A DNA stretch of 59,617 nucleotides, taken from positions 1 through 59,617 of the IMG/VR virus record IMGVR_UViG_3300032285_001005. One strand, given 5' to 3'. A program made the position numbers and the translations under genes. Positions 1 to 9,394 of this stretch are shown here, piece after piece. Under the pieces are notes generated by a model, which worked only from the letters and a program-made list of their open reading frames with translations, ran no database searches and had not been told where the DNA came from. Origin of the DNA: a virus (taxonomy: Duplodnaviria > Caudoviricetes). Numbering within the stretch: position 1 is the first letter of the stretch; each line of letters starts with the position of its first letter.

Positions 1-123
1 AACGGCCCTGTGTTGACCAGAGCGCCAGCCGAGCTAATCAGAGGAATTGTACCGGAGGCTGCTTGAAGCGTCAGCGTCTGAGTTCCTGCCACTGCTGGAG
101 GATTGACTGTGACCTGACCGCTG
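1..123. repeat. Terminal overlap, identical to 59495-59617 (circular assembly)
   Basis: Exact 123-nt match between the first and last bases; a gene reads in frame across the join. Confidence 0.95.
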
Positions 124-152
124 GTTGCGCCCTGAAGCGTTAAACTACCCAT
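1..152 (-). CDS. 5' part of a 95-aa tail fibre adaptor-like protein spanning the circular junction
   Basis: ATG at 152 overlaps the TAA of the upstream gene; MGSLTLQGATSGQVTVNPPA continues in frame into ORF 59359..59586. Confidence 0.8.
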   Translation of the reverse strand, partial: MGSLTLQGATSGQVTVNPPAVAGTQTLTLQAASGTIPLISSAGALVNTGP

Positions 153-973
153 TAGACTACCGTCCAGTTAGATGTGGATGGAATGGTTACAGTGGCGGAT
201 GCACCAATTGTGATGGGACCAAATGTTCCGGCATTCGTGCTGGCTGGAACAGAATAGCTGGTATTTACCGTCTGACCGTTGTTCCAGAAAATGGAATCCG
301 TGCCGCCGCCCGTAGCGCCGCCACCAATGCTACCCCACGCCGTTCCATTATACCCTTCAAATGCCGTGCTGTCCGTATTAAAACGCAGCATACCAGATGC
401 AGGAGAACCACTGCGGTTCGCAGTCGTGCTGGCAGGAAGCTTAATCTGGCCTGTGCCAGACATGCTGATATCGCCACTTGATGTAACCGTCCCCGTAAGA
501 GACGGTGTGGTAATCGTTGGCGACGTGAGTGTTTTATTGGTCAGAGTCTGAGTCGTTGCTTCGCCTACTGGAGCATTTACGACTTCGATAACGTCCGTGC
601 CATTGTTGTAGACAATGGCCTTCTTGCCGACAGCAATCGTGACGCCCGTCTGACCCGATACCTTAACCGTGATCGATACGTTTGTGTTGTTGAATAAAAG
701 ATATGGTTTCTGTACGGCTGGAACTGTAACCGTATGACCTGCCGTCGGAGTTCCCGTAAATTCCAGAACATAGTTACGTCCAACACCCGTGGCACCATTC
801 GGAATGGTAAGTGCCGTTGGGCCAGCACCCGTCAAGGCTTGAGTCGTGTATCCTACAATAGCCTGCTCAAGTAGCGTTCCAAGATTGGTATTAGTAGTGC
901 TGCCCCACGTACCAGACTGATCGCCCGTACCTATGAGTTCAAGTGCAAGATTGCTTGAGTATGTACTTGCCAT
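152..973 (-). CDS. Tail fibre protein (proximal/attachment)
   Basis: G/T/S-rich; TQTLTNKTLTSP and GMLRFNTDSTAFEGYNGTAWGSIGGG fibre motifs. Confidence 0.75.
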   Translation of the reverse strand: MASTYSSNLALELIGTGDQSGTWGSTTNTNLGTLLEQAIVGYTTQALTGAGPTALTIPNGATGVGRNYVLEFTGTPTAGHTVTVPAVQKPYLLFNNTNVSITVKVSGQTGVTIAVGKKAIVYNNGTDVIEVVNAPVGEATTQTLTNKTLTSPTITTPSLTGTVTSSGDISMSGTGQIKLPASTTANRSGSPASGMLRFNTDSTAFEGYNGTAWGSIGGGATGGGTDSIFWNNGQTVNTSYSVPASTNAGTFGPITIGASATVTIPSTSNWTVV

Positions 974-983
974 TCTAAGACCT

Positions 984-2207
984 TTAAGCCGCTATCTTAG
1001 TCCAACTAGGGGACTGAGAAGGTGTGATTGGAGTATACCCCGGATCTTCGCTTGGCGCAATCGGTGTCCAATTTGACGAGGTGGCGGGAGTTATTACAGT
1101 CCATCCCGGATCTTCGGATGGAGTTATAGCATTCCAAGATGGGTTTTGACTAGGGGTAATCTCACCCCAAACCAGTACTTGTCCAGCATATCCATAGGCG
1201 GTGACACCGATTGGGTAAACTTGAGTGCTGACAAACACCGTCGTCGTGCCAACAGCGCCCGTGGCAGAGACGCCCGTGGCAAAGACGTTAGTTGTAATTA
1301 AGACCGTCGATGTTCCAACATCACCCGTGGCAGAGACGCCAGACAATGAAACATTGGCATCTGCCGTGATCGATGTCGTGCCAACATCACCCGTGGCAGA
1401 GACGCCTACAGCATAGGCAACAGCCGTTCCCGTGGCGGTTACTGAACCAACAGCCCCAGTTCCGGCTACTCCGGTGGTATTTACGTTAGCGGTCGCAGAA
1501 ATGCTGACAGAACCAACCTGCCCTGTAGAAGCAATTCCCGACGGAGATACGTTGGCCGTTCCGGTAACGCTTACGTTCCCCGTAAAGCCTGCTGCACTGA
1601 CGCTTCCGACAGAGACATTTGGGGAAAGTACGATAGAAACAGAGCCAACTGATCCAGTTGAGCTTACGCCCGTCGGTGAAACATTGGCCGTTCCGGTAAC
1701 AGAGACAGTACCTGTTGCTCCTGTGGCACTGACACCCGTGACAGAAACATTGGCCGTTCCGGTGACATTAACTGTTCCAACGGAACCTGTTGCATAAACG
1801 CCTGTGGCGGAGACGTTGGCCGAAGCATTGACAGTTACTGTGCCAAGCTGCCCAGTGGAGAATACTCCCACTGGATACACATTGGTCGTACCTATGACGG
1901 TAGGAGATCCAACGGAACCTGTTGCACTAAGCCCAGTAGGATAAGCGTTAGCACCCGCCGTTACTGTTACAGAACCAACGGACCCCGTAGCGACGGCAAC
2001 TGGGATTGAACCCGTACCAAAACCGCCTAAACCCCAGCCTTGGGATTTATTCCAGCCGCTAAAAGCGACTATTGCATCGACATTAAACGATACAGTTCCT
2101 ACGGAACCTGTAGCTACAGCCGCATCAACCGAACCCGTGCCAAAGGTGCCAATCCCCCAACCGGAGGATCGGTTCCACCCTTGGAAGGCTACGGTTGAAT
2201 CGACCAT
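984..2207 (-). CDS. Repetitive virion protein, probably tail fibre or beta-solenoid
   Basis: About 20-aa repeats GVSATGxVGxVxVxxxANV, then WxxIxP repeats. Confidence 0.7.
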   Translation of the reverse strand: MVDSTVAFQGWNRSSGWGIGTFGTGSVDAAVATGSVGTVSFNVDAIVAFSGWNKSQGWGLGGFGTGSIPVAVATGSVGSVTVTAGANAYPTGLSATGSVGSPTVIGTTNVYPVGVFSTGQLGTVTVNASANVSATGVYATGSVGTVNVTGTANVSVTGVSATGATGTVSVTGTANVSPTGVSSTGSVGSVSIVLSPNVSVGSVSAAGFTGNVSVTGTANVSPSGIASTGQVGSVSISATANVNTTGVAGTGAVGSVTATGTAVAYAVGVSATGDVGTTSITADANVSLSGVSATGDVGTSTVLITTNVFATGVSATGAVGTTTVFVSTQVYPIGVTAYGYAGQVLVWGEITPSQNPSWNAITPSEDPGWTVITPATSSNWTPIAPSEDPGYTPITPSQSPSWTKIAA

Positions 2208-2216
2208 TTAATCATA

Positions 2217-2675
2217 TCAAGCTATGCGGATAATGGCATTAGAAGCATCAGCCGTTGGGAAGATGATCGTGAAAGTACCAGCCGAAGCCGTCTTATCCGA
2301 ACCAAAATCCAACACGGCAACCGACTTATTTGACTGCGAGCTATTATAAATAAGTGCGCCACGAGCCGTAAACGATGCCGAAGACCATGAGGCATTCGAG
2401 AACGTGCAGATAGCCGTCGTACCCGTGGAAGAAGTCGTGGCACCAGTAAGGGCCAAACCACCTGCCGTGTACGCTGTACCTGCTGTATTGGTCGTTTCGT
2501 TGGTCGCCGTATAGGCCGTGGTCGTAGCATCAAGCGTTGCAGACGACGTATAGAGCGCAATCTTGTACGTGTCAGCCGTGGCAGAACCACGGACTGGAGG
2601 CGTACCGAGTGCTTGATAACCGTTCAAGAGGTCAAGCTTGAACGAAGTAGTCATGAAATTGCCTGTGAAACTCAC
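2217..2675 (-). CDS. Virion structural protein (tail-associated)
   Basis: YKIALYTSSATL...FTARGALIYN...VAVLDFGSDKT pattern; lies in the late operon. Confidence 0.7.
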   Translation of the reverse strand: MSFTGNFMTTSFKLDLLNGYQALGTPPVRGSATADTYKIALYTSSATLDATTTAYTATNETTNTAGTAYTAGGLALTGATTSSTGTTAICTFSNASWSSASFTARGALIYNSSQSNKSVAVLDFGSDKTASAGTFTIIFPTADASNAIIRIA

Positions 2676-2677
2676 GA

Positions 2678-2971
2678 TTATCTCCTGCTAATTGCTTCAG
2701 CAAGCTGGGGCTGGCCTGCTTGAGTTACAATGTAAGCAACCGTCGCACGATCACAGTCGATTGCCTTATTAATATTAAACAGTATAACCTGTTCTATCTG
2801 ATCGCGAAAGGCCCTTGCCTGCGCCGAAAGAGCAGGATCAGTCGTATCGCTGATCGAGATGATCTGACGGATCGCTTGATCCGCCCAAAACTCTGGCGGA
2901 TGACCGCCATTTTCACTGGTTGCGATATCTACCGCAAATACACCCATTCCAAGAGAATCTGTCATTGACAT
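2678..2971 (-). CDS. Hypothetical protein
   Basis: Closely packed ORF in the late operon. Confidence 0.7.
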   Translation of the reverse strand: MSMTDSLGMGVFAVDIATSENGGHPPEFWADQAIRQIISISDTTDPALSAQARAFRDQIEQVILFNINKAIDCDRATVAYIVTQAGQPQLAEAISRR

Positions 2972-2973
2972 GT

Positions 2974-3621
2974 TTATGTTGCTTTCACCCTAATAAGCCC
3001 ATCACGATAGGCATCAATATCCTCACGGCCTTCTCCAAAGTTCTTGAGACGCGCAAGGGATTCATTTAACCGTTTATCATAGAGAGCAATAAGATCAGGC
3101 TCACCTTTCATAAAGATGTAAGCTTCAACCAAGCTGCCATATAGCAAGGCTTCCTGAGCATAATTGCTGATCCAAGTCGTATCAGATCCAGACGTAGCCG
3201 TTAAGCTTTGAGGACGGTAATAGTAATGCAGTTCCACAGGCAATGAACTGGATGGAACAGGGGCAATTATGAACGTATTTATATCAAAAACGGCATAGTA
3301 TTTTGGAATACCCGTCGCATCTGTAGGATTATACTCCTGTAAATACTCAACATCTTTCTGCAAAAGAAACGTCTTAGACCCGCCAGATGTAATGCTTAGG
3401 CTGAATGTCGAGATATAATCAGATGGAACTGCTAGGTACTTATTGCCCGACGTAAGATTTCCTGTCTGGTTCTTACGGAAAGAAGTGAGATCTACTGCAA
3501 ATAGAATGCGTTCCTCTGCATTCTGGATGAACGTAGGGATATTAGTGTTAAAGGTCGTTTCATCGTACTGCGTGAAATCCTTGATGGCTTGCACGAGTGT
3601 AGTATAGGTCCAAGCCGTCAT
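2974..3621 (-). CDS. Head-tail adaptor-like protein
   Basis: FIQNAEERI...IAPVP...LHYYYRP...ALLYGSLVEAYIFMKGE pattern. Confidence 0.65.
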   Translation of the reverse strand: MTAWTYTTLVQAIKDFTQYDETTFNTNIPTFIQNAEERILFAVDLTSFRKNQTGNLTSGNKYLAVPSDYISTFSLSITSGGSKTFLLQKDVEYLQEYNPTDATGIPKYYAVFDINTFIIAPVPSSSLPVELHYYYRPQSLTATSGSDTTWISNYAQEALLYGSLVEAYIFMKGEPDLIALYDKRLNESLARLKNFGEGREDIDAYRDGLIRVKAT

Positions 3622-3932
3622 TAGGTTGTCTCCACAGTAATAATACCAATCTGCATAACACCCTGAAGAGTACTAAATTCATTAGCCATGAAGGGAAATA
3701 TTGAGTCCCCAACAGGCACCTGAATCGGTTCTTTACGGGAAGGTCTTGGCTCAAATAGCGCCTGCGGCTCCGTTGGAGGATACCGAGGATCAAGTTGAGG
3801 ATGCTTTACTTCCCAGCATTCTGTGCAGGTTTTAAGCCCGTTCCACTCTTTTTTCAATTCCAAAAGACGGTATTGAAATCCGCAGCGGTCACATAGGGCG
3901 ATTGCCCTTGAACCAGCAGCATAACCTGTCAT
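3621..3932 (-). CDS. Zn-finger (CxxC...CxxC) phage protein
   Basis: ALCDRCGF and KTCTECWE. Confidence 0.75.
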   Translation of the reverse strand: MTGYAAGSRAIALCDRCGFQYRLLELKKEWNGLKTCTECWEVKHPQLDPRYPPTEPQALFEPRPSRKEPIQVPVGDSIFPFMANEFSTLQGVMQIGIITVETT

Positions 3933-4618
3933 GTCAGCACACGATAGGTACTTCTCCCCGGCGTCAGGTTCAAAGCAGCCCTATCCCTGTCTTCGGCAGC
4001 GGCGCGGGTAAACTCTTCGTCATACACCGCTTTCAGCATCTGCACCCGTTCAGGAGCTTTCTTGATAGCAAGATAGTAAGCCAAGCCAGCCGCCAAGCAT
4101 GGATAGAACCTGAATGGCAGATCCATTGTATTTACGCCAGCGTTGGCATCGTCCATACGGACAAGCTTATTGATTTCCATGTAATATGTCCGGTCTGGAA
4201 CAGGCCAAACGTAGATTACAGGGATAATCTGACGATCCACAAAGATCTGAACAGGACGGCCCTGTGTCAGCTTATTTGGAATGTTGGTATAGTATTCACG
4301 GCTGACCCGTTCCATCGTCAGGTCATATTGCTGGGTTGCCCCTGCACCCGTCGTGCTACGGATAATTGATTGAATTACATCAATATCATAAGCAGTTAGG
4401 GCATAGGAAGCTTGGCCCTGAGTCACCTGAATTTCTTGCTGCTTGATTGTCCACTGGTTGAGACCACGATTAGCCCAATCGGCTAAGACAAGATTAAGAC
4501 TACGACGAGCAGTACGCTGGTCGTAGCCTGTTCTTACCTCAATGCCGCAACGCTCATACGCTTCTTCAATGTAATCGGAAACGTCAAGCTCAAAGGACTT
4601 AGTCCCTGAAGTGGTCAT
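3929..4618 (-). CDS. Head-tail adaptor / tail tubular protein A-like
   Basis: TARRSLNLVLADWANRGLNQW, YVWPVPD and PFRFYPCLAAGLAYYLA patterns. Confidence 0.65.
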   Translation of the reverse strand: MTTSGTKSFELDVSDYIEEAYERCGIEVRTGYDQRTARRSLNLVLADWANRGLNQWTIKQQEIQVTQGQASYALTAYDIDVIQSIIRSTTGAGATQQYDLTMERVSREYYTNIPNKLTQGRPVQIFVDRQIIPVIYVWPVPDRTYYMEINKLVRMDDANAGVNTMDLPFRFYPCLAAGLAYYLAIKKAPERVQMLKAVYDEEFTRAAAEDRDRAALNLTPGRSTYRVLT

Positions 4619-5094
4619 TACATGCAGCCTTTAGCGCGACCGCCACCCTTAAGAGCGACACCCATTCCACGAGTAGCCATGCCACCACCACGGAGGGCAA
4701 TGCCCTTGCCGCGCATAGCAATGCCGCCGCCACGCATCTTCTCTTCAGACTTTTCCATCGCTGGAGATTCTGAAGCCTCATGCTTTTTCATAGCAGCTTT
4801 AGAAGCATAGACTTCACCAGTCTTGGCTTCCTTGATAGGGCCACCCTTTTTCAAGGCAATGCCTTTGCCGCGCATAGCAATACCGCCGCCACGAAGACCC
4901 TTCATGTTCTGCTGCTTGTCATGCTGTACATCGCCAGCGGAAGCTTCCCACTGGTCAAAGGACATGTTGTGCTTCTTCGCAAGCTTCTTGTCTTGGGCAA
5001 GATCCGTTTTAGATCCTTCCCACTTTTTCATAGGCATCTTAGCCATTTTTAACTCCTTTTCGTCAGCCAACAGGCCAGTTGTAATACGAGACAT
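4618..5094 (-). CDS. Small basic protein with repeated xRGGGxAxRGxG units
   Basis: K/M/G-rich with several RGGG/KKGG motifs. Confidence 0.75.
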   Translation of the reverse strand: MSRITTGLLADEKELKMAKMPMKKWEGSKTDLAQDKKLAKKHNMSFDQWEASAGDVQHDKQQNMKGLRGGGIAMRGKGIALKKGGPIKEAKTGEVYASKAAMKKHEASESPAMEKSEEKMRGGGIAMRGKGIALRGGGMATRGMGVALKGGGRAKGCM

Positions 5095-5480
5095 CAGTAC
5101 ACCGTCCCCTTGCCTTTACCCTTCATGGCACAACCAGTGCCACGAACAGTGCCACCAGAAGATTTCTTCACCATGCCGCCTTTTTTGAACGTGGCAGGTC
5201 TGTCCCCAGCTTGTTTCTGAGCAGTCCGCATATCTTCAAATGCTTTTGACGAACGAGGATGAGTAGTGGCGTTAACCCAATTACGTTGCCCGCTAACCTC
5301 GCTATCTCCTTTGTCACTAGCACCAACATTATACGCTTCTGTGTCATAGTCACTCATTGCCTTGCCGACACGCTGTTGTTCGGTCACAGGCTTAGAATCA
5401 CTTTTTTCTTTTTCCATGCCAGACAAAAGACGTGACAGGAAGGAAGATGCGTCATCTTTTGGTGCTTTAGGAGCGGCCAT
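5094..5480 (-). CDS. Small basic protein (FKKGG, RGxG motifs)
   Basis: Translationally coupled; motif shared with neighbours. Confidence 0.75.
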   Translation of the reverse strand: MAAPKAPKDDASSFLSRLLSGMEKEKSDSKPVTEQQRVGKAMSDYDTEAYNVGASDKGDSEVSGQRNWVNATTHPRSSKAFEDMRTAQKQAGDRPATFKKGGMVKKSSGGTVRGTGCAMKGKGKGTVY

Positions 5481-5481
5481 T

Positions 5482-5811
5482 TTACTTACCCATTTTACTA
5501 AGTGTCATGGCAAGACGAGCGCGTTTTGCCGTTTTTGGATTAGACGAACTTGCGGCAGCTTTTAACTTGCCTTTTGAAATTGTATCACCTTCTTTGACGC
5601 CAAGCGACTTTTTAAGTGCGCCGGGTTTCTTGATGGCTTCCTGAATCCACATGCCGCCCTTCTTCAAACCCTTGGCTTGATTAAGAGCAATAGCCACGGC
5701 CTGCTTTGGGTTTGTGACTTCAGGACCTTTCTTACTACCGGAATGAAGAGATCCAGATTTGAATTCCTTCATTACCTTTGTAATCTTGGCCTGCTTAGGT
5801 GTGATCTTCAT
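5482..5811 (-). CDS. Small basic protein
   Basis: KVMKEFKSGSLHSG...PKQAVAIAL joined through LKKGG to WIQEAIKKPGAL; start moved to ATG 5811. Confidence 0.75.
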   Translation of the reverse strand: MKITPKQAKITKVMKEFKSGSLHSGSKKGPEVTNPKQAVAIALNQAKGLKKGGMWIQEAIKKPGALKKSLGVKEGDTISKGKLKAAASSSNPKTAKRARLAMTLSKMGK

Positions 5812-5963
5812 TTTTTCGCTGCCCACATATTGTCTATAAGATTCGGATAAGGACGCCCAGCTTTTTTGGCCGATGTTTTGGCCGATCTTTTAGCTGCTGG
5901 GGAAAGAACTTTTGGCTTGCCTAAACCCTTTGGCCGGGGCTTTTCCCAAACTGCCTTAGCCAT
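5808..5963 (-). CDS. Small basic protein
   Basis: AKKAGRPYPNLIDNMWAAK; start moved to ATG 5963. Confidence 0.7.
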   Translation of the reverse strand: MAKAVWEKPRPKGLGKPKVLSPAAKRSAKTSAKKAGRPYPNLIDNMWAAKK

Positions 5964-5964
5964 A

Positions 5965-6216
5965 TCACTTACCCTTCTTAGGCTTGCCAACTGCTACCAT
6001 AATAGCAATACCGCCCTTGGCTTTCTTAGCCGAGCCACCCTTCTTAAGACCCATTGCAGGAGATGGTTGCATCCCTGCGGTGGAATTCATAGGGGCAGAA
6101 GGTGCCATACCTGCCGAAGCAGACATAGCTTTCATTGCCTTCATTCCGGGCATCGCCTTAGACGCCCGGTTTTTGGCAACGGTCTTCTTAATCGACGGGA
6201 GTTTGCGAATTGTCAT
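5965..6216 (-). CDS. Small basic protein (LKKGG, KAKGG)
   Basis: K/M/A-rich ORF in the operon. Confidence 0.7.
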   Translation of the reverse strand: MTIRKLPSIKKTVAKNRASKAMPGMKAMKAMSASAGMAPSAPMNSTAGMQPSPAMGLKKGGSAKKAKGGIAIMVAVGKPKKGK

Positions 6217-6403
6217 CTATCGAATCCTTTGCCTTTGCAATAAGTTTCTGAACGGTATCGGTCTCATAAAGACGAACAACCGACCAAACTATCGACAAAA
6301 GTGCTGCAATTGAAGGAAGAATGCCCATAAGCGTACCAAAGACTGTTGTGATGGAGACGAGGTCCAAGGTTTGCTTGAGGTGTTCGTCAATTTGACCCAT
6401 CAT
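6188..6403 (-). CDS. Small membrane protein, holin-like
   Basis: Long hydrophobic stretch followed by RLYETDTVQKL. Confidence 0.55.
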   Translation of the reverse strand: MMGQIDEHLKQTLDLVSITTVFGTLMGILPSIAALLSIVWSVVRLYETDTVQKLIAKAKDSIDDNSQTPVD

Positions 6404-7182
6404 GCTACTCCTGCATCATCTTTAATTAAGATGCCGCCAGCGTAGATGTTGGCGACTGTATTTGTTCCAGTCGAAGCCTTAACTTGGAATTGAATATCCG
6501 TTTTTTCCGCGTGAGCGACAGGAGTTGAAAATGGAAACTGGAAACTTTGGACATATGTAGACTGGTTCAGGAGGTTTGTTTCGCCAGTCGTATTGTCCTT
6601 GTTGTATTCAGCAAATGTCAGATATGCACTGGATGTAAAACCAATGTTTGCATCAGCCTGAACATAAGACAGATAAAGGGTATATCCTGCCGGGACGGTG
6701 TAGATCGACATCTGCGTCTGGCCGATACCCGCAGAAATCTTAGCATATGTTGTTGAGCTAATCTTTGCCGTGATATTGCCGACATTCAAACCATTTGTCG
6801 TGGACATATTATTAACACGAAGGAACGACTTAGTCGTCGTGACGTTTGTTGTTCCGTTCATCACAATCGTTTCAGTAATCGGAGCATAACTTGCGTCCAA
6901 ACCTGAGACAAGTATGCTAAGAGCAGATGTGTCAGAAGCTGAATCGCTAACCAAGGTAAGCGTCGATGCCGATCCCGGATAAGCATACGCGCCGCCAGAA
7001 GGAGTAAGACCTTCCCACACAGGACCAAGTGCGGTGCTTCCTACGTTTCCACTGAATCCAAAGATATCTACTTTTGAATGGTATGGAATTTGACCGCGAG
7101 CTACCTGAAGCTCCCACGGTTCAAAAGTACCCGTGCGGGTAATAGAAGACGGCTGTCTTGCCGGATATACTTGTGTAGACAT
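6400..7182 (-). CDS. Virion structural protein (beta-rich)
   Basis: WELQVARGQIP...GQTQMSIYTVPAGYT...EKTDIQF pattern; downstream of the capsid gene. Confidence 0.65.
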   Translation of the reverse strand: MSTQVYPARQPSSITRTGTFEPWELQVARGQIPYHSKVDIFGFSGNVGSTALGPVWEGLTPSGGAYAYPGSASTLTLVSDSASDTSALSILVSGLDASYAPITETIVMNGTTNVTTTKSFLRVNNMSTTNGLNVGNITAKISSTTYAKISAGIGQTQMSIYTVPAGYTLYLSYVQADANIGFTSSAYLTFAEYNKDNTTGETNLLNQSTYVQSFQFPFSTPVAHAEKTDIQFQVKASTGTNTVANIYAGGILIKDDAGVA

Positions 7183-7207
7183 GTGATTTTCCTTCTAAAG
7201 GTGTAGT

Positions 7208-7232
7208 GGGGGTGCCAGATATTGACACCCCC
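7208..7232 (-). other. Intergenic hairpin GGGGGTGTCA-ATATC-TGGCACCCCC
   Basis: 10-bp stem with one G-U pair; no U tail. Confidence 0.55.
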
Positions 7233-7241
7233 TAAATCACA

Positions 7242-7715
7242 TTACGGTACGTTTGTGCCGTGCTGGATGTAGTTTACAACCAACCAACCAGTACCTGTAC
7301 CCGTGTTGGTCGAGGTGATTTTGATTTGAATGTCGGTCGTACCAACATTGTACCAAGTACCAACGCGGGTTGCATCAGCACCAGCGGTAGCAGCAATAAT
7401 ACCGAGTGTACCGCCAGCAACCGCACCCGCAGCAGTCAAGGCTGTGGCAGACGCTGTCGTACCAATACCGAGTGTCGAAGCAACACCACTCCAAACAACG
7501 CCGACATAAAGCTGGATCGAAGTAATTGTGCTACCTGCTGGAATCACGATGGTCGTCGTGAACACGCCATCTGCGCCGGGACCAGCCTGAGTAATAGCCT
7601 GTGATTGCGAAAGTACAACTTCACCGATGTTGGCGATATCTTGGCCGAGCGTCGTGCCAGTGGTGTACTTGATTGGGCCAGTGCGTACTGGACCCGAAAA
7701 GGTCGTTGTTCCCAT
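7242..7715 (-). CDS. Virion structural protein (capsid fibre/decoration-like)
   Basis: MGTTTFSGPV N-terminus; first gene after the major capsid gene. Confidence 0.7.
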   Translation of the reverse strand: MGTTTFSGPVRTGPIKYTTGTTLGQDIANIGEVVLSQSQAITQAGPGADGVFTTTIVIPAGSTITSIQLYVGVVWSGVASTLGIGTTASATALTAAGAVAGGTLGIIAATAGADATRVGTWYNVGTTDIQIKITSTNTGTGTGWLVVNYIQHGTNVP

Positions 7716-7768
7716 GAGGATCTCCTGTCGTTGGGTTGTCTGCCACGGTGGCAGTCAGGGATTGAGAA

Positions 7769-7797
7769 ACAGTACAACAAAAAAGGGGTTGACACAA
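7769..7797 (-). promoter_or_regulatory. Candidate late promoter TTGTGT-N17-TACTGT
   Basis: Same architecture as 52495..52523. Confidence 0.4.
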
Positions 7798-7808
7798 GGC
7801 CAACCCCT
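7779..7808 (-). terminator. Intrinsic terminator after the major capsid gene
   Basis: AGGGGTTGG...TCAACCCCT stem running into T6 on the minus strand. Confidence 0.8.
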
Positions 7809-7836
7809 AATCTTGTGTCATGCTGACACGACTTCT

Positions 7837-8745
7837 TTACGCACCCGGCGAACCGTAGACCGCACGAGGATCGGACCAACCGAACGAATAACGCTCGCGA
7901 GCCTTGTAGCGCACGTTGCCCGTTTCGAAGTCGCCTTCGAGAGCCGTCTTAAGCGGCGAACGAACAAAGTGCTTGAGGCCGTTTGGAGCATCCGTCTTAA
8001 TGAACCAAGCATCCGAGTCGGTCAGGAAGTGGTTGACCGCAAAGCCCTGTGGCATGTAGCCGCCGGACTTGATCGCGTTGATATCATTATCGGCAGTGCC
8101 TGTACGCTGTTCCGACTTGAGCAGACGCTCAACCGTGAACTGGAGTGCAGGAGGAACGATCAACTTCATGCCGCGAAGAGCAACCTTAAGGCCACGCTCG
8201 TCGATGAACAGCGAGATATCAATCAGAGCTTGTTCAAGCGAGGTTTCGTTAAGATCTGCTGCCGTAGCAAGCGTGTTGGACCAGTTACCACCACCAACGG
8301 TCGTGTGGGCATTGTTGACCAACGATACGCCGTCGCCGCCCAAGTAGGACGAAGAGAATGCGTTGTTGAGAACCGACGCAGCCTTGACCTGCTTCGTGTT
8401 CGACATAGACCGTGCTAGAGCGCGGGTATAACGAGCCGAAAGCTTGTCGTAGAGGTTGTCTTCCACAGCTTCTTCCGTGATGGCGAATGCAAGAGCAATC
8501 GTCTCATGGGTATAGCGAGCCGTGAAGGATTCACCAGCGGTGTCATAGGTGATGGCAGAGCCTTCGCCCTTGACAGGAGCTTGACCGAAGCCGGAAAGCA
8601 TGACCTCTTCTTCAAACGCACGTTCCGAGGATTCTTCGTCGAAGATCTCTTTGTGTTCGTTATCGTAACGGTCGTACTCAAGGCCGAACAAGGCGTTCAG
8701 GCCGGGTTCAAGTTCCTTGAGGAGTTGTGAACGAGTAATAGCCAT
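7837..8745 (-). CDS. Major capsid protein
   Basis: MAITRSQLLKELEPGLNALFGLEY...DFETGNVRYKARERYSFGWSDPR; strong codon bias; followed by a terminator. Confidence 0.92.
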   Translation of the reverse strand: MAITRSQLLKELEPGLNALFGLEYDRYDNEHKEIFDEESSERAFEEEVMLSGFGQAPVKGEGSAITYDTAGESFTARYTHETIALAFAITEEAVEDNLYDKLSARYTRALARSMSNTKQVKAASVLNNAFSSSYLGGDGVSLVNNAHTTVGGGNWSNTLATAADLNETSLEQALIDISLFIDERGLKVALRGMKLIVPPALQFTVERLLKSEQRTGTADNDINAIKSGGYMPQGFAVNHFLTDSDAWFIKTDAPNGLKHFVRSPLKTALEGDFETGNVRYKARERYSFGWSDPRAVYGSPGA

Positions 8746-8758
8746 GGTTCAGTACTCC

Positions 8759-9376
8759 TTAAACGCCAGCGCCAGTGCCGTTGGCACCGTAGCGGTAGAA
8801 GTGGTTGTTAAGCATAACAATCGCCAAACGACCAGCAACCGAAGCATCAGAGTTCGCAGGAGTGTCCTCGAAACCCAAGATACGCATGTTGAGGGTGTTG
8901 GTGGTGTTAACCGTCGAGACAGCAAGCTTACCAGCCGACTGGAACGTGGTAGCATTACCCGTCGTTGCAGTTGCGAAGTTAGCGTTACCGTGGATAATCG
9001 AGTCCGCAGCAGCAGCATCCGTATTGATCAAGAAGACCTGATCAGGGGCGGCAGCAACCGTAGCAGTTGCGATTGAGTTAGCATAAACGGCAGACGTACC
9101 GGGCCAGTATGGCGACCACTTAGGTTTGCCAGTCAGGTCGATATAGTTGCAGCCGAGGAATGCGCCGAGAAGCGGAACCGTACCACCGTTGGCATTGCCA
9201 ACAATGTCGATCATGCCGTTCGACAACGGAATAACAGGGGAACCCTGATAAATCGCTGACGAAGTACCCGCGGTAGAAGCCGTCTGGATGTAATAGACGG
9301 AATCGCCGTTGGTGTTGGCAGTGCTTCCAAGCATACGGTACGGGCGAAGCCCGAACGAGGCATTGATATTTGCCAT
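8759..9376 (-). CDS. Capsid-associated (decoration/minor capsid) protein
   Basis: MANINASFGLRP start; directly upstream of the capsid gene. Confidence 0.65.
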   Translation of the reverse strand: MANINASFGLRPYRMLGSTANTNGDSVYYIQTASTAGTSSAIYQGSPVIPLSNGMIDIVGNANGGTVPLLGAFLGCNYIDLTGKPKWSPYWPGTSAVYANSIATATVAAAPDQVFLINTDAAAADSIIHGNANFATATTGNATTFQSAGKLAVSTVNTTNTLNMRILGFEDTPANSDASVAGRLAIVMLNNHFYRYGANGTGAGV

Positions 9377-9394
9377 TGCTTAGATCCTTTGAAA

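Noticed and set aside
1-123. Biological direct terminal repeat
   Set aside because: It falls inside a tail gene that reads through the join; typical assembler overlap of a circular contig
7627-8418. 263-aa antisense ORF and similar shadow ORFs across the genome
   Set aside because: They lie opposite strongly supported genes and are explained by codon bias
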